From a virus (Duplodnaviria; Caudoviricetes), in the IMG/VR virus record IMGVR_UViG_3300043120_000047, positions 1 to 37,965 of that record: a DNA stretch of 37,965 nucleotides. One strand, written 5' to 3'. The number at the start of each line of letters is the position of its first letter. The first letter of the stretch is position 1. Under the pieces are notes generated by a model. It did not search any database, had not been told where the DNA came from, and saw nothing but the letters and a program-made list of their open reading frames with translations. This document shows, piece by piece, positions 36,103 through 37,965 of the stretch. Made by a program: the position numbers and the translations under genes.

Positions 36103-36633
36103 ATGAACGAAATATTTAATCAATTACTAATGTCTACAAAAATAGCAGGTATCGGAAATCTTATAGAATATCTAGGTTTAAATGGATTTTATACTTGCCC
36201 TGCATCATCATCGCATCATCTTTCTTGTGAGAATGGATTACTAGAACACAGTTTGAACGTGTGGAATGTTGCAAAAGAATTACCAATGGTAAAAGAAGTT
36301 GATAGAAACGATTTGATCATAGCGTGTTTATTGCATGACGTTGGTAAGATGGGTTATTTCGGGCAACAAATGTATTTGCCAAATATCTTAAAAAGCGGTA
36401 AAGTTTCAGAATCAAAACCTTTTGAAACGAACAAAACACTTGTGATTGAACATCAAGATTTGTCGCTTATGATTTTATCAAAATTTATTGAACTGACGCA
36501 AGAATCAGCAATAGCAATTAAATTTCATAATGGATTGTATACTCGTGATGGTTATACAATTAGTGGAAAAGAAACGAAACTACAAATGATATTACATTTC
36601 GCTGATATGTGGGCGAGTAGGGTGGTGGAATAA
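36103..36633 (+). CDS. HD-domain phosphohydrolase (YhaM-like)
   Basis: PASSSHH...GLLEHSLNV, LLHDVGK, IKFHNG, LHFADM. Confidence 0.9.
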   Translation: MNEIFNQLLMSTKIAGIGNLIEYLGLNGFYTCPASSSHHLSCENGLLEHSLNVWNVAKELPMVKEVDRNDLIIACLLHDVGKMGYFGQQMYLPNILKSGKVSESKPFETNKTLVIEHQDLSLMILSKFIELTQESAIAIKFHNGLYTRDGYTISGKETKLQMILHFADMWASRVVE

Positions 36634-37248
36634 ATGGGATTACATGAAAAGATGTATCAAATAATGTGTGAAAGCGAATCGTTAAAAAAAGATATGCAAG
36701 TCGGAGAAACAGGAAAATCATACTCATACAAAGCAATAAGTGAAGCAACGGTATTAAATTTGATCAAACCTTTATTTAAAACTCATAAATTAATAATATT
36801 TCCAGTAGGCGTTGATATTAACGAGCTGGACACTAGGAAAATGACACAACTTAAAACAAAATGGAAATTGGTAGACATAGAAAGCGGTGAGTTTGAATTA
36901 CTAGAAGCACCTGGAAATGGCGCAGACTCTCAAGACAAAGGAAGTGGCAAAGCGTGGACGTACGCATATAAAGCAGTATTACAAAAGACATTCATGTTAT
37001 TCAGTGGTGAAGATACAGACAACACACATAGTGATGAAATCGGAAAATCAGAAGAAGAACCTAAAAAAATTACTACTCAAATGTTACTTGACATTGCAAA
37101 AACTAAAAACATTTTTGAAGGTGGATTGATTGCAAGGTATAAAAAAGACACAGGAAAAACAATCAGCGAAGTTAAATTTATACCTCAAGATTACAAAACA
37201 AAGTATTACAACGCTATTAAAGAATTAGATTTGGATCACAAGGAATGA
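36634..37248 (+). CDS. erf: ERF-family single-strand annealing protein
   Basis: YSYKA.SE..V...IKPL; G.DSQDKGSGKAWTYAYK. Confidence 0.88.
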   Translation: MGLHEKMYQIMCESESLKKDMQVGETGKSYSYKAISEATVLNLIKPLFKTHKLIIFPVGVDINELDTRKMTQLKTKWKLVDIESGEFELLEAPGNGADSQDKGSGKAWTYAYKAVLQKTFMLFSGEDTDNTHSDEIGKSEEEPKKITTQMLLDIAKTKNIFEGGLIARYKKDTGKTISEVKFIPQDYKTKYYNAIKELDLDHKE

Positions 37249-37538
37249 GAAACCCGTCTATTATACAAATAAAGAAGGAGTCCTACCTAAGCCGTAGGAC
37301 CGATTCTTTGCAACCTCACGAACCAATTGGGAACGCAAGCAAACGCATATCAGAGCGTGAAGGTTTATGGATATGGCTCACATTTGACGAACACAGATGG
37401 ATACATGACACAGAAGAAGGTGAACTCAAAGACGCTGAACTATCAGCATTAATGGAACGTGAATGGTACAAACATACAGGAAAAACAAAACAAGAATGGT
37501 ATAGGCTGTTCTACAAACATTATAACTTGGAGGATTAA
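37245..37538 (+). CDS. Degenerate HNH-like protein
   Basis: SIIQ..KESYLS...QPHE...SEREGLWIWLTFDEH..IH. Confidence 0.55.
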   Translation: MRNPSIIQIKKESYLSRRTDSLQPHEPIGNASKRISEREGLWIWLTFDEHRWIHDTEEGELKDAELSALMEREWYKHTGKTKQEWYRLFYKHYNLED

Positions 37539-37539
37539 T

Positions 37540-37716
37540 ATGAAAATAAAATTAGATATATGGACAACACACAATGGTAAAGATGATAAACCTTACAAAA
37601 AGTTGCATCACGAAGAATTTACAGAAGAAGAAATAATTGAAATTTTAAAAAAAGAATTAAAAGAAAAATATCATGAACCATTTACAGTAGAAATTGATGA
37701 AATTACAAGTAGGTGA
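37540..37716 (+). CDS. Hypothetical protein
   Basis: GGAGG RBS, ATG 37540. Confidence 0.65.
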   Translation: MKIKLDIWTTHNGKDDKPYKKLHHEEFTEEEIIEILKKELKEKYHEPFTVEIDEITSR

Positions 37717-37720
37717 TTAA

Positions 37721-37965
37721 ATGGAAGGACTAGAACTTCAAGCCAAAATAAATGACGATCTAAACAAAGCAATACAACTATACAAAGAAAGAGGTCGCGC
37801 ATACGCCGAAAAAGAGCGTATATATAGAGTTTTACTATCCAAGTTGATATTGTCCTACCGCGCCGAAGGTATGCCTGTAACGATTATATCGGACGTGTGC
37901 AGGGGTGACGATTCTGTAGCACTGGCAAAGTTTGAAAGGGATTGCGCACAAAGTGAGTATGAAAG
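37721..37965 (+). CDS. 5' part of 108-aa hypothetical protein crossing the join
   Basis: AGGTG RBS; MEGLELQ...GMPVTIISDVCRGD; no stop before window end. Confidence 0.85.
   Translation, partial: MEGLELQAKINDDLNKAIQLYKERGRAYAEKERIYRVLLSKLILSYRAEGMPVTIISDVCRGDDSVALAKFERDCAQSEYE
37936..37965 (+). repeat. Terminal direct repeat / circular overlap, right copy
   Basis: Identical to 1-30. Confidence 0.97.

Larger units (their letters stand above)
1..37965. mobile_element. Complete podovirus-like dsDNA phage genome of a low-GC Firmicute
   Basis: Full packaging/head/tail/lysis/replication gene set; identical 30-nt ends; no host genes seen. Confidence 0.95.

Noticed and set aside
734-36748. Minus-strand ORFs of the track outside 12667-13914 and nested plus-strand alternate frames
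   Set aside because: Shadows of well-supported genes, no RBS or motifs

Overview
A complete, circular(ly permuted) ~37.9 kb genome of a tailed dsDNA phage. Bases 1-30 equal 37936-37965 and an ORF reads through the join. Low GC, sigma-A-type promoters and strong GGAGG RBSs point to a Firmicute host, probably Clostridia (inference). Virion module (14.4-32.2 kb) is podovirus-like: TerS, TerL, P22-like portal, scaffold, N4-gp56-like capsid, adaptor/nozzle, repetitive tail fibre and two large probable ejection proteins, with no tape measure or sheath. The lysis module has holin-like proteins and an M15 endolysin, plus an unusual membrane-anchored ComEA-like HhH protein and an S8 subtilase. Early/middle modules encode ERF, an HD hydrolase, a lambda-O-like initiator with internal iterons, DnaC, SSB, three DNA methyltransferases, a PAPS-reductase-family protein and an RNA polymerase alpha-CTD protein. 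No integrase or CI-type repressor was found. The most notable unexplained signals: (1) a second mini-replicon-like module at 10.3-10.93 kb (promoter, structured leader RNA with a predicted kissing loop onto the RBS hairpin, 97-aa HTH initiator, 16-bp-period iterons, AT-rich repeats); (2) about ten accessory genes each flanked by a pair-specific duplication of the RBS/start region; (3) a Mu Com-like protein with a Com-like site overlapping the terminator before the scaffold/capsid genes; (4) a stand-alone ~80-nt sRNA; (5) an inverted small-gene operon ending in an HTH gene. All family assignments are by motif recognition; no searches were run.
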